NCBI GenBank assembly: GCA_046537875.1
Contig: JBKHJZ010000004.1
Coordinates: 1 to 49,416 of the forward strand
Reading direction: 5' to 3'
Origin: Acidimicrobiia bacterium
Lineage (GTDB): Bacteria > Actinomycetota > Acidimicrobiia > Acidimicrobiales > VFJN01
DNA length: 49,416 nt
Below the pieces are notes generated by a model, which was given only the letters and a program-made list of their open reading frames with translations, did no database searches and was not told the DNA's origin. The position numbers and the translations under genes are program-made. Positions 1 to 8,279 of the stretch are shown in pieces (positions within the stretch are counted from its first letter, which is position 1; each line of letters opens with the position of its first letter).

Positions 1-1264
1 CGGCGGGGCCGAGGAGCAGGTCGAGGGCGCGGCGCGCCGGCACCGCCTCGTGCCGCCCGAGCGCGGCGCCGCCGGGGGTGGTGCGGTGACCGGCGGCGGC
101 GATGGCCCGCCAGGGATCGGGGTGGGTGAACGGGGCGTCGGTGCTGGCTGCGACCGGGATCCCCGCCGCGAGGAGGCTGGCGCACGGGTAGAGGTGCGGC
201 AGGTCGCCGGCGTCGACCTCGCGCCGGTACTCGTCCCCGCGCTCGGCCACGAACCCGGGTTGCGTGACAACCGTGATGCCGTGGCGGGCGATGGCCGCGC
301 GCAGCTCCGGCGGGATCACCGCCCCGTGCTCGATGCGATCGCCGGCGCGGGATCCCACCTCGTCCCAGGCGGCCAGGGCGAGCACGAGTGCCACCCGCGT
401 GACGCAGTGGACCGCCACGCTGCGCCCGTGGCCGTGTGCGGCCCGGAGGTGGTGGCAGAGCCGGTCCAGCGGCGGCAGCTCGGCGTCGTCGAGGACGATC
501 TTCACCGGTCCCGCCGCGAGCCCGGCCGGCGGGTCGACGCCGGCGAGCTCAGGGCCGCCGGTCACCACGACGCGTTGGGGGAGCGCCCCCGACGCCACGG
601 CGGTCGCGAGCGGTTCGAGCTCCGCGGGGTCGGCGTAGGGGGTGGTGTCGGTGACACTGGTGACCCCGTAGCCGGCCAGGCGGGCGCCCAGCCCGGCCAG
701 GTCGGGCGGGTCGTCGGCGGGGAGCAGCTCCCGCAACCAGCGGTCGGCCCGGTGGAGGCGGCCGGTGGGCCGGCCGGCGGCGTCGCGCTCGATGCCCGGC
801 CGGTCGACGCGGTCGAGGCCGAGCGCGACGATCGCCGCGCTGTTCAGCATCCAGCGGGCGCCGCTGCGGTGTTGGACCCGCAGGGGGCGGTGCGGGACGA
901 GCGCGTCGAGGGCGTGCCGGTCGAGGTCGCCGGCCACCGACTCGTGGTAGCCGACCGCCCGGATCCATGCCCCGGCCGCGCGCTCGGGATCGGTGTCGGC
1001 GGCGCGCAGCGCCCGGGCGAGCCCCGGCGCGTCGCGCACGACCGGTGGCCCGACCATGGTCGACCGTGCGGCGGCGGCGGTGGCCATCAGGTGGATGTGA
1101 TGGTCGTGCAGCCCCGGGATCAACGCACCGCCCCGCCCGGCGATCACCGATGCCCCGGGCGAGGGGCGGAGGCCGGCCCCGATCTGGGTGATCACGCCGC
1201 TCGCGACCCGGACGTCGGTGACGCGGCCGTCGAGGGCGGCGCGGCGGATCAGCAGCTCGGTCAG
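1..1264 (-). CDS. Metal-dependent amidohydrolase (amidohydrolase_3-like), 3' end runs off the window
   Basis: Not in the ORF track. Manual minus-strand translation gives LLIRRAALDGRVTDVRV...GGALIPGLHDHHIHLMA (HxH metal motif), GVTGVTDTTP, VAVHCV, DRIEHG and VVTQPGF. Probable CTG start overlaps the upstream TGA; the first canonical start is GTG at 1195. Confidence 0.85.
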   Translation of the reverse strand, partial: MTELLIRRAALDGRVTDVRVASGVITQIGAGLRPSPGASVIAGRGGALIPGLHDHHIHLMATAAAARSTMVGPPVVRDAPGLARALRAADTDPERAAGAWIRAVGYHESVAGDLDRHALDALVPHRPLRVQHRSGARWMLNSAAIVALGLDRVDRPGIERDAAGRPTGRLHRADRWLRELLPADDPPDLAGLGARLAGYGVTSVTDTTPYADPAELEPLATAVASGALPQRVVVTGGPELAGVDPPAGLAAGPVKIVLDDAELPPLDRLCHHLRAAHGHGRSVAVHCVTRVALVLALAAWDEVGSRAGDRIEHGAVIPPELRAAIARHGITVVTQPGFVAERGDEYRREVDAGDLPHLYPCASLLAAGIPVAASTDAPFTHPDPWRAIAAAGHRTTPGGAALGRHEAVPARRALDLLLGPA

Positions 1265-2568
1265 GACCGGCGCTCCAGGTCGGCCAGCACGGAACCGGTG
1301 TGCTCACCCAGGCGGGGAGCACGCTCCTGCGCCGGACGCGCCCGGGGCGGGACGGCGCCGGGAGGCGGGTCCGTGCCGGGGATGGTGAGCGTCGGCCCGG
1401 CCAGGTGCGCCGCCGCCTCGGCCATCGCCACGTCGAGGAACCAGCGCCCGCCGGCCGCCAGCGCCTCGAGCACCGCCGCGGCCGCGACCAGGCCCGCGAC
1501 GGGATCCGCGACCGCATCGGCGCAGAAGCACGGCCCCCGAGCATCCCAGCAGGCCAGGCCCCCGGCGACGGCGGCATCGTCGCCGAACGCCACCCGGTCG
1601 GCTCCCGGACCGGTACGGCCGTACCCCGTGATCGACACCCAGACGCGCGGCCCGCCCCGGCCGAGGAGCGACTCGGGGTCGATGCCGAGCTGCGCCAATG
1701 CCCGGGGCCGTGACGCCTCGATCACCACGTCCGCGCGCGCCAGCAGCTCGTGCAGGCGACGGGCACCCTCGCGTGACCGGAGGTCGAGCGCCACCGCCCG
1801 CTTGCCCGCGTTGAGCACGTCGAAGAACCGGGCGGGGCCATGGCGTGCGCCGTCGGGACGGCTGGTGGACTCCACCTTGACCACGTCTGCGCCGGCCTCC
1901 GCCAGCAGGCCCCCGCACAGGGGCCCGGCCCACAGGGCGCTCAGGTCGACCACGAGCAGGCCCGCCGTGCTCGACGTGGCGGGCGCGGGCGATGCGGCTG
2001 ACGCGACGGACCGAGCACGCACCGGGAGCGGCGCGAGGGGCGGTGCCGCCCGGGTCGGCGACCGAGCCGTTCCCGGCAGGTCGGCGACGGGCAGGCCGAG
2101 CAGGCGCGCGCGCTCGGTCAGCTCGTCCGCCGGCCTCCCTGCCACCGCTGCGGTCACGGTGGGCCAGTAGTCGACGCGCCCGGGCTCGTCGACCTGCAGC
2201 CAGGCGGGGATCAGCTCGACGTCGTCCGGACGGGCGAGCGTCACGGCGACCCAGCCGTCGCTGGTGGGCAGGAGGCGGGTGGCGCCGCCACAGCTGGTGC
2301 TGCCGCCCCGGCACAGCCCGGCCAGCGCAGCGCGCTCGCCCAGCAGGGCGAGCGGGTCCAGGGTGGTCGGTGTGCCCAGCGCCGCCGTCCGGCGGGTGAC
2401 CACGTCGCCGATGGCACCGAGCTTGTCGACCAGCCCCGCGGGGGGTCCGAGCGGCATCGAGTCCGGCCGGCCGGTCAGCCACATGGCGCCGCTCGCCGCC
2501 CAGGCAGCCAGCTCCCCGGCGGTGTCGGCATCGGTGGCGGCCTGGCGGCGCTCGCACGGGGAAGTCAC
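1261..2568 (-). CDS. Family III CoA-transferase (CaiB/BaiF)
   Basis: C-terminal part of ORF 1261..3612 has VVDLSALWAGP, ADVVKVES, LNAGKRAVALDL, DVVIEASRP and ADPVAG. Start placed at GTG 2568 because sequence further upstream is antisense to the next gene. Confidence 0.85.
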   Translation of the reverse strand: MTSPCERRQAATDADTAGELAAWAASGAMWLTGRPDSMPLGPPAGLVDKLGAIGDVVTRRTAALGTPTTLDPLALLGERAALAGLCRGGSTSCGGATRLLPTSDGWVAVTLARPDDVELIPAWLQVDEPGRVDYWPTVTAAVAGRPADELTERARLLGLPVADLPGTARSPTRAAPPLAPLPVRARSVASAASPAPATSSTAGLLVVDLSALWAGPLCGGLLAEAGADVVKVESTSRPDGARHGPARFFDVLNAGKRAVALDLRSREGARRLHELLARADVVIEASRPRALAQLGIDPESLLGRGGPRVWVSITGYGRTGPGADRVAFGDDAAVAGGLACWDARGPCFCADAVADPVAGLVAAAAVLEALAAGGRWFLDVAMAEAAAHLAGPTLTIPGTDPPPGAVPPRARPAQERAPRLGEHTGSVLADLERRS

Positions 2569-2589
2569 CGCGGCAATGATCGCGCTGCC

Positions 2590-3597
2590 ATGCCGACCCA
2601 GGAACTTCCGCTCGACGCGCTGGTGGCCGCGGTCCGGGGCACGGCCGGTGCGTCGCCGTGGGCGGCGTGGGCCGAGCCCGGTCTGATCGTCGTCGATCTC
2701 GATGCCGCCCCGCCCCGGGCCCCGATCCCTGTCGCACACGGCGGGGTCCGCGCGGTGATCGCGGGCCGCACCGATCGCCGACCACCGGAGGCCCACCCCG
2801 CGGCGGCGGTGTGCGACGTCGTCCTGGCGAGGGGCGACCCCGCGTTGGAGGCCATCGCCTCGACCGTGGCCTCGTACCCGCTCGCCTCGTGCGCGCTCGC
2901 CGTACTGCTCCGGGGGTCCGGCGATCGCTCCCTCGATGCCGGGCTGACCGCCGAGTCCGCGGTCTACTCGGCGCTCCAGGCCGGGCCCGAGTTCGCCGCC
3001 TGGCGGGCGGAGAACCCCCGCCGCGAGCGGCCACCCGGCGGGGAGCCGGTGGCGCTGTCGCGCGAGGGACACGTGCTGCACATCACCCTGTGCCGCCCCG
3101 AGGTGCGCAACGCCCTCGACACCCGCATGCGTGACGGGCTGGTGGAGGCGTTCGGCCTGGCGGCCATCGACGACTCCATCGCCGAGGTCCACCTGCGCGG
3201 CGAGGGGCCCGACTTCTGCGCCGGCGGCGACCTGGACGAGTTCGGTTCGTTCCCCGACCCGGCCACCGCCCACCTGGTCCGGCTCCAGCAGAGCGCCGGC
3301 CGGGCCATCGCCGCCGTACGAGACCGGACGACCGCCCACCTCCACGGCGCCTGCATGGGGTCGGGCATCGAGCTGCCGGCCTTCGCCGGCACCGTGATCG
3401 CCGAGCCGTCCACCACCATCGGCCTGCCCGAGCTGTCGCTCGGCCTCGTCCCCGGCGCCGGGGGCACGGTGAGCATCCCGCGCCGTGTCGGCCGCCACCG
3501 GACCGCGCGCCTGGCGCTCACGGGCGAGCGCCTCGATGCCCAAACGGCGCTCGCCTGGGGCCTGGTCGATGCGGTCCAGGACATCGGCGGTCGGTGA
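2590..3597 (+). CDS. Enoyl-CoA hydratase/isomerase (crotonase) family protein with unusual domain order
   Basis: RPEVRNALD, FCAGGDL, HGACMGSGIEL, LPELSLGLVPGAGGT, ALAWGLVD. Confidence 0.9.
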   Translation: MPTQELPLDALVAAVRGTAGASPWAAWAEPGLIVVDLDAAPPRAPIPVAHGGVRAVIAGRTDRRPPEAHPAAAVCDVVLARGDPALEAIASTVASYPLASCALAVLLRGSGDRSLDAGLTAESAVYSALQAGPEFAAWRAENPRRERPPGGEPVALSREGHVLHITLCRPEVRNALDTRMRDGLVEAFGLAAIDDSIAEVHLRGEGPDFCAGGDLDEFGSFPDPATAHLVRLQQSAGRAIAAVRDRTTAHLHGACMGSGIELPAFAGTVIAEPSTTIGLPELSLGLVPGAGGTVSIPRRVGRHRTARLALTGERLDAQTALAWGLVDAVQDIGGR

Positions 3598-3671
3598 ACC
3601 GCCCGACCGCATCCTCGTGACCCGGAGCCGTAAGGTGGTCGCCTGGTGGAGTCCATCGAGGTGACCGCCCG

Positions 3672-6302
3672 ATGAACGAGGTTTGGCGCGCTCTCGGCCG
3701 AGCCCTCAGCCGGAGGACGGCGGTCGTCCTGGGTGCGGTGCTGGTGATCACCGCGCTGTTCGCTCTGGGGCTCCCCGCGCTGGAGTTCGCCACGGGGCAG
3801 GACAGCTACCTCGCCCCCGACGATCCGGCCGCCATCGACAACGAGCGCTACCAGGACCTCTTCGGCGGCGAGGCCATGGTCGTCCTGCTCACCATGGACG
3901 AGGGCGAGACGCTCCCCGACCTGTTCACCGAGGAGAACCTCCGGCGGTTCGAGGAGCTCGAGGAGCAGTTGCGGGCGTCGGACGCCAGTCATGCGGTCGT
4001 CAGCCCGCGGACGCCGCTGCTGTGGGCGGAGCGCCTCGCACTGAGCGGTGTCGGTGTCGAGATCCTCGAGCGTGCCGCCGCCCGCGAGACCGATCCCGAT
4101 GCCGTGGAGGCCCGCGCCGAGGAGAACCAGATCACGTCGCTGCGCCTCGCCCAGGCGGGCGAGCCGTCGCTGTCGAACCCCGACTGGGTCGAGTTCCTGC
4201 TCTACGCGAACGACGGGTTCGAGGTGAGCGCAGACGGAGAGCTCGTCGCCCCACCCGACGATGACCGGGTCATACGGGGCGCCCTGCGCAGCACGTTCCC
4301 CGATCCGCGTCACGCCCTGTTCGTGACGTTCCTGCAGGGCAACGCCTCTCTCGAGGAGCTGGGCGCGGGTGAGGATCTGGTCGCCGATGCGTTGGCCGAC
4401 ATCACGTTCGACAACGCCGACTTCATCCTCACCGGAACGCCCACCTTCCTGACCGACATCAACGACTACCTCCAGGGCGGCATGTTGACCCTCGGCGTCC
4501 TCGCGGTCGCGGTCATGCTCGTGGTGCTCGCCCTGACCTTCCGGGTGCGCTGGCGCTTCCTGCCGTTGGCGGTGGTGCTGGCCGGCATCGTCTGGGCGTT
4601 CGGCCTGTTCGGCTTCGTCGGGTTCGATCTGTCGCTGGTCACCATCTCGGGGCTGCCGATCCTCATCGGCATCGGCATCGACTTCGCCATCCAGATCCAC
4701 AACCGGGCCGAGGAGGAGTCGGTGCTCGACCGTGAGCCGTTCCCCCTCGCTGAGACGGTCGCGCGGCTCGCGTCGCCGCTCGCCATCGCCACGGTGGCCT
4801 CGGTGATCGCGTTCCTCAGCATGCGGTTCTCCCTGGTGCCGATGATCCAGGACTTCGGGCTGCTGCTGTCGATCGGCATCGTCGCGATGCTCGTCGTCGG
4901 CATCGTGGTGCCGACCGCGATGCTCGGCGCCAGGGAGCGCCGCCGGCGCACCACCGAGGTGCGGCCCTCGCGGCTCGACCGGGTGGTGATCTGGCTCGGC
5001 TCGGCACCACCGGCCGTGGTGCTGCCGTTGGTGGTGCTGGCGTTGGTCCTGCCGGTCATCGGGCTCGCGCTCGAGCAGGACGCCGAGATCGAGAGCGACC
5101 CGATCAACTGGGCCGACCAGGACAGCGGGTCGGTGGTGAACGCCCGGAGCCTCGAGGACGAGACCGGCTACGCCACCACGCTCGGGATCTTCATCGAGAC
5201 GTCCGGCGTGGCGGAAGGCGGCATCTTCACCGATCAGATGGGTGCGTTCGCATACGGCTTCGTGCGGGCGGCGCAGGAGGAGCATCCGAGGCTGGCGGCC
5301 TCGTCGAGCCTCTTCACCACGGTGGGCAATCTGATCGCCGTGCCGGGGGCCACCCCGTTGCCGCCCACGGGAGAGGACCTGCTCGCCGCCTACGAGGTGG
5401 CGCCCTCCGACATCCAGGAGGTGCTCGTCGGCGACGACGGCAACGCCGGGCAGGTGACGTTCTGGGTGGGCCCCTCCTCGTTGGAGGCGCGAGCCGACCT
5501 GGTCGACGAGCTCGAGGCAGCCATCGCCCGGCCGGGCGACGGGCAGGCCCCGCTGCCCGAGAACGCGTCGGCGACCCCGTCGGGCCTCGCTCGGGTGGGA
5601 GTCGGCCTGTTCGAGAACCTCACCGCCAACCGCCTCCTGCTCACGGTCGTGGCGCTGCTGGGGGTGGCGGCGTGGATCGTGCTGCGCTTCCTCTCGATCG
5701 GGCGGGCCTTTCTGACGATGATCCCGATCCTGATCGCGGTCGGCGCGGCATCGACGGGGGTCTCGCTCCTCGGCATCACGCTCAGCCCCCTGACCACTGT
5801 GAGCGGCCCGCTCGTCATCGCGATCTGCGCCGAGTTCTCCGTCCTGATCCTCGGACGGTTCCTCGAGGAGCGCCAGCGCGGGCTCGACCCGTCGGAGGCG
5901 ACGCACGTGGCGTCGCGGCGGACCGGTCGGGCCTTCGTGGCCTCGGCACTCACGACGGTGGGCGGCTTCGGCGTGCTCCTCTTCGCTGCGCTGCCGCTGC
6001 TGCGCGACTTCGGGGCGGTGGTGACGATCAACGTGACCGTGGCCCTGCTCGCGGCACTCGTCGTCGTTCCTCCGGCGGCGGTGTGGGCCGATCGCCGGGG
6101 CTTGCTCGAGACCAGCACCACGGCGGTCCCTCAGGTTCGCCGCGTGGCGGCTGTGGTGGTCGGTCTGCTGCTGCTCGCTGCGGCTGTCACGTTGAGCCTG
6201 GTCGTCGCCGACGACGAGGCCGAGGCCGGTCCCGGGGCGTCGTCGGGTGCCGTACCCGCCGCCACGCCGGGACGGTCGGCGGCCGAGCAGCCCGGCGGCT
6301 GA
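3672..6302 (+). CDS. RND/MMPL-family membrane transporter (HAE3-like)
   Basis: 876 aa, two repeats of TM + large soluble loop + TM bundle; GIGIDFAIQIHNR, IQDFGLL, LRDFG motifs. Confidence 0.9.
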   Translation: MNEVWRALGRALSRRTAVVLGAVLVITALFALGLPALEFATGQDSYLAPDDPAAIDNERYQDLFGGEAMVVLLTMDEGETLPDLFTEENLRRFEELEEQLRASDASHAVVSPRTPLLWAERLALSGVGVEILERAAARETDPDAVEARAEENQITSLRLAQAGEPSLSNPDWVEFLLYANDGFEVSADGELVAPPDDDRVIRGALRSTFPDPRHALFVTFLQGNASLEELGAGEDLVADALADITFDNADFILTGTPTFLTDINDYLQGGMLTLGVLAVAVMLVVLALTFRVRWRFLPLAVVLAGIVWAFGLFGFVGFDLSLVTISGLPILIGIGIDFAIQIHNRAEEESVLDREPFPLAETVARLASPLAIATVASVIAFLSMRFSLVPMIQDFGLLLSIGIVAMLVVGIVVPTAMLGARERRRRTTEVRPSRLDRVVIWLGSAPPAVVLPLVVLALVLPVIGLALEQDAEIESDPINWADQDSGSVVNARSLEDETGYATTLGIFIETSGVAEGGIFTDQMGAFAYGFVRAAQEEHPRLAASSSLFTTVGNLIAVPGATPLPPTGEDLLAAYEVAPSDIQEVLVGDDGNAGQVTFWVGPSSLEARADLVDELEAAIARPGDGQAPLPENASATPSGLARVGVGLFENLTANRLLLTVVALLGVAAWIVLRFLSIGRAFLTMIPILIAVGAASTGVSLLGITLSPLTTVSGPLVIAICAEFSVLILGRFLEERQRGLDPSEATHVASRRTGRAFVASALTTVGGFGVLLFAALPLLRDFGAVVTINVTVALLAALVVVPPAAVWADRRGLLETSTTAVPQVRRVAAVVVGLLLLAAAVTLSLVVADDEAEAGPGASSGAVPAATPGRSAAEQPGG

Positions 6303-6364
6303 GCCGCGGGCGTCCCGCCGGCGATGACGACGGTGGAGCCGGCTGTGGCCTGCCGCCACGCCTC

Positions 6365-6393
6365 TTGACCTGTCGGTCCGTGACCGCCATCCT
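6365..6393 (+). promoter_or_regulatory. Putative sigma70-type promoter of the sulfurtransferase gene
   Basis: TTGACC (6365-6370), 17-bp spacer, CATCCT (6388-6393). Confidence 0.55.
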
Positions 6394-6401
6394 GATGGTC
6401 A

Positions 6402-6426
6402 AAACCCGACCGAAGTGATCGGGAAT
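6402..6426. promoter_or_regulatory. Putative Rrf2-family (IscR type-1 / CymR-like) operator
   Basis: AAACCCGACCGAAGTGATCGGGAAT contains CCCGA-N9-TCGGG, just downstream of the -10; resembles IscR type-1 boxes as I recall them. Confidence 0.5.
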
Positions 6427-6524
6427 TCAGCAGCGATCGCGGTGGCGGGTCACGGCCCCGCCCCCCAGCGGGTACGCCTCCCGGCCGTCCGCCCTCGCCG
6501 GACGAGGACCCGAAGGAGGACACC

Positions 6525-7364
6525 ATGGCCGAACACCCCCGGCAGGATGTGCTCGTCAGCACCGACTGGCTCGCGGAGCATCTCGACGACCCCACGGTGC
6601 GGATCGTCGAGGTCGACGAGGACACCAGCGCCTACGAGAAGGACCACATCCGCAACGCCGTGGCCTGGAACTGGTTCGAGGACCTCCACACCAGGCCCCA
6701 GCGCGACTACGTCGACCAGGCGGGGGTGGCGCGCCTGTTGCAGCACGCGGGGGTCGGACCGAACACGACGGTCGTCCTGTACGGCGGCAACAACAACTGG
6801 TTCGCGTCCTACGCGTACTGGCTGCTGCGCTACCGGGGGTTCGACGACGTCAAGCTGCTCGACGGGGGCCGCAAGGCCTGGGAGGCCGAGCAGCGGGAGC
6901 TGGTGAGCGAGGTCCCCACCTTCGAACCCACGGACATAGAGGTCGCCGGTCCCGACCGCGACGAGATGCGTGCCCTCCGCGACCACGTGCTCGCCAACCT
7001 CGACAGGGTCTCGTTCGTCGACGTCCGCTCGCCCGAGGAGTACCGGGGCGAGCTGCTCGCGCCGCCCCACGTTCCCCAGGAGCAGGCCCAGGTGCCGGGC
7101 CACATCCCCGGCGCAGCCAACATCCCCTGGAGCAAGGCCGCCAACGACGACGGCACGTTCCGCTCGACCGAGGAGCTCCAGAACCTCTACGGGGGGCAGG
7201 GCATCGGCCCCGATCGGGAGGTCATCGCCTACTGCCGGATCGGGGAGCGCTCGGCCCACACGTGGTTCGTGCTCCACGAACTGCTCGGCTATCCCGATGT
7301 GCGCAACTACGACGGATCCTGGACCGAGTACGGCTCGTTGGTGGGGGCACCCGTCGAGCGGTAG
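6525..7364 (+). CDS. Thiosulfate sulfurtransferase (tandem rhodanese, CysA/SseA-like)
   Basis: VLVSTDWL, LLDGGRKAW, DVRSPEEY, GHIPGA, active-site YCRIGERS, NYDGSWTEY; strong RBS AAGGAGG. Confidence 0.95.
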   Translation: MAEHPRQDVLVSTDWLAEHLDDPTVRIVEVDEDTSAYEKDHIRNAVAWNWFEDLHTRPQRDYVDQAGVARLLQHAGVGPNTTVVLYGGNNNWFASYAYWLLRYRGFDDVKLLDGGRKAWEAEQRELVSEVPTFEPTDIEVAGPDRDEMRALRDHVLANLDRVSFVDVRSPEEYRGELLAPPHVPQEQAQVPGHIPGAANIPWSKAANDDGTFRSTEELQNLYGGQGIGPDREVIAYCRIGERSAHTWFVLHELLGYPDVRNYDGSWTEYGSLVGAPVER

Positions 7365-7464
7365 CGGCGGTCGTGGCCGCGGCGACCGTGCCGGGGCTGC
7401 ACGTCGGCGGGCAGCCCGCATGCCGTCCCTGACGCACGCACGTGCGACGCCCGCCGCCGGCAGG

Positions 7465-8019
7465 TCAGGGGTTCAGCCGCAGGCCTAGGCTGTCGAGCTG
7501 GCCGGCGACCTCGTCCGGGCGGCAGCCGAGGATGCAGGCGATGGCGGTCAGGTCCCCGCGCCGGACGGTGAGCATGCGGCCGTTGTAGTCGCCCCGCTGC
7601 AGCTCGATCGTGCGGACGTAGCGGGAGAGCAGCTCCACCTCGTCTCGGGCCAGCCGTGCCAGGGCCGCCAGGTCGATCGTCACCGGCGGTTCGGCGTGCT
7701 GCCGGACACCGGTGACCGTCGGCAGGTCCCCGGCTCCTGCCTCGTCGCCGTCCGGCGCGTCGCCCGCCTGCTCCTCCTCGCTCGGCACCAGCTCGCCGAC
7801 CGGTACGCGGTAGACGCGGGCCAGGCGCTGCAGTCGGGGCACCGAGATCGTGCGCTCACCCCGCTCGTAGGCGCCGAGCACCGATGCCTTGAACTCCTGG
7901 CCGGAGGCCGTCTCGACCTCCTGCAGTGACAAACGCTGCTGGCGGCGCAGCCGGCGCAGCCGGGCGCCGAGCCTGGCAGCGTCGTTGCGATCTGCTTCGG
8001 CGTCGTTATCGCCGTCCAT
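7465..8019 (-). CDS. bldD: BldD-like XRE-family transcriptional regulator
   Basis: N-terminal HTH LGARLRRLRRQQRLSLQEVE..GAYERGER..RLARVYRVPV and C-terminal QRGDYNGRMLTVRRGDL match Streptomyces BldD; GGAGG RBS before ATG 8019. Confidence 0.85.
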   Translation of the reverse strand: MDGDNDAEADRNDAARLGARLRRLRRQQRLSLQEVETASGQEFKASVLGAYERGERTISVPRLQRLARVYRVPVGELVPSEEEQAGDAPDGDEAGAGDLPTVTGVRQHAEPPVTIDLAALARLARDEVELLSRYVRTIELQRGDYNGRMLTVRRGDLTAIACILGCRPDEVAGQLDSLGLRLNP

Positions 8020-8181
8020 GATGGTCCTCCAGGCCCCCTTGCCTGTCGGCTCGTCCAGAGCGGTACGTCGATCCCCAGCGTTGCCCCCAGCGGGCGAGCC
8101 ACCCCGGACCACCGGCGACCGGCGGTGCGTCACGACCTGGCACGCCCGGACACGCTCCCAGCCGCCCTCCACGCTACGGCG

Positions 8182-8216
8182 TTACGATCGGTGCCGGAAG
8201 GCATTGCCGAGCGTAA
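8182..8216. promoter_or_regulatory. Imperfect inverted repeat upstream of bldD (two BldD-box-like sites or a hairpin)
   Basis: TTACGATCGGTGC (8182-8194) and TTGCCGAGCGTAA (8204-8216), each one mismatch from TNAC-N5-GTNA. Confidence 0.4.
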
Positions 8217-8279
8217 TCTTCCAGCCGGCCGCCGGCCGGAGGGCGCCGTGCAGTCCGCCGCACGACGGCCGCCACGCGC

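Noticed and set aside
50-2170. 706-aa plus-strand ORF and similar long ORFs (2964..6359-, 10251..12860-, 17505..19301+, 23609..26965-, 29914..32085-, 46854..49169-)
   Set aside because: Shadow or off-frame ORFs overlapping motif-supported genes. They are Arg/Gly/Pro-rich with no family motifs, as expected when stop codons are rare at high GC.
6303-6524. SAM or other riboswitch in the sulfurtransferase leader
   Set aside because: I could not find conserved SAM-I/IV core sequences by eye; an Rfam/Infernal scan would be decisive.
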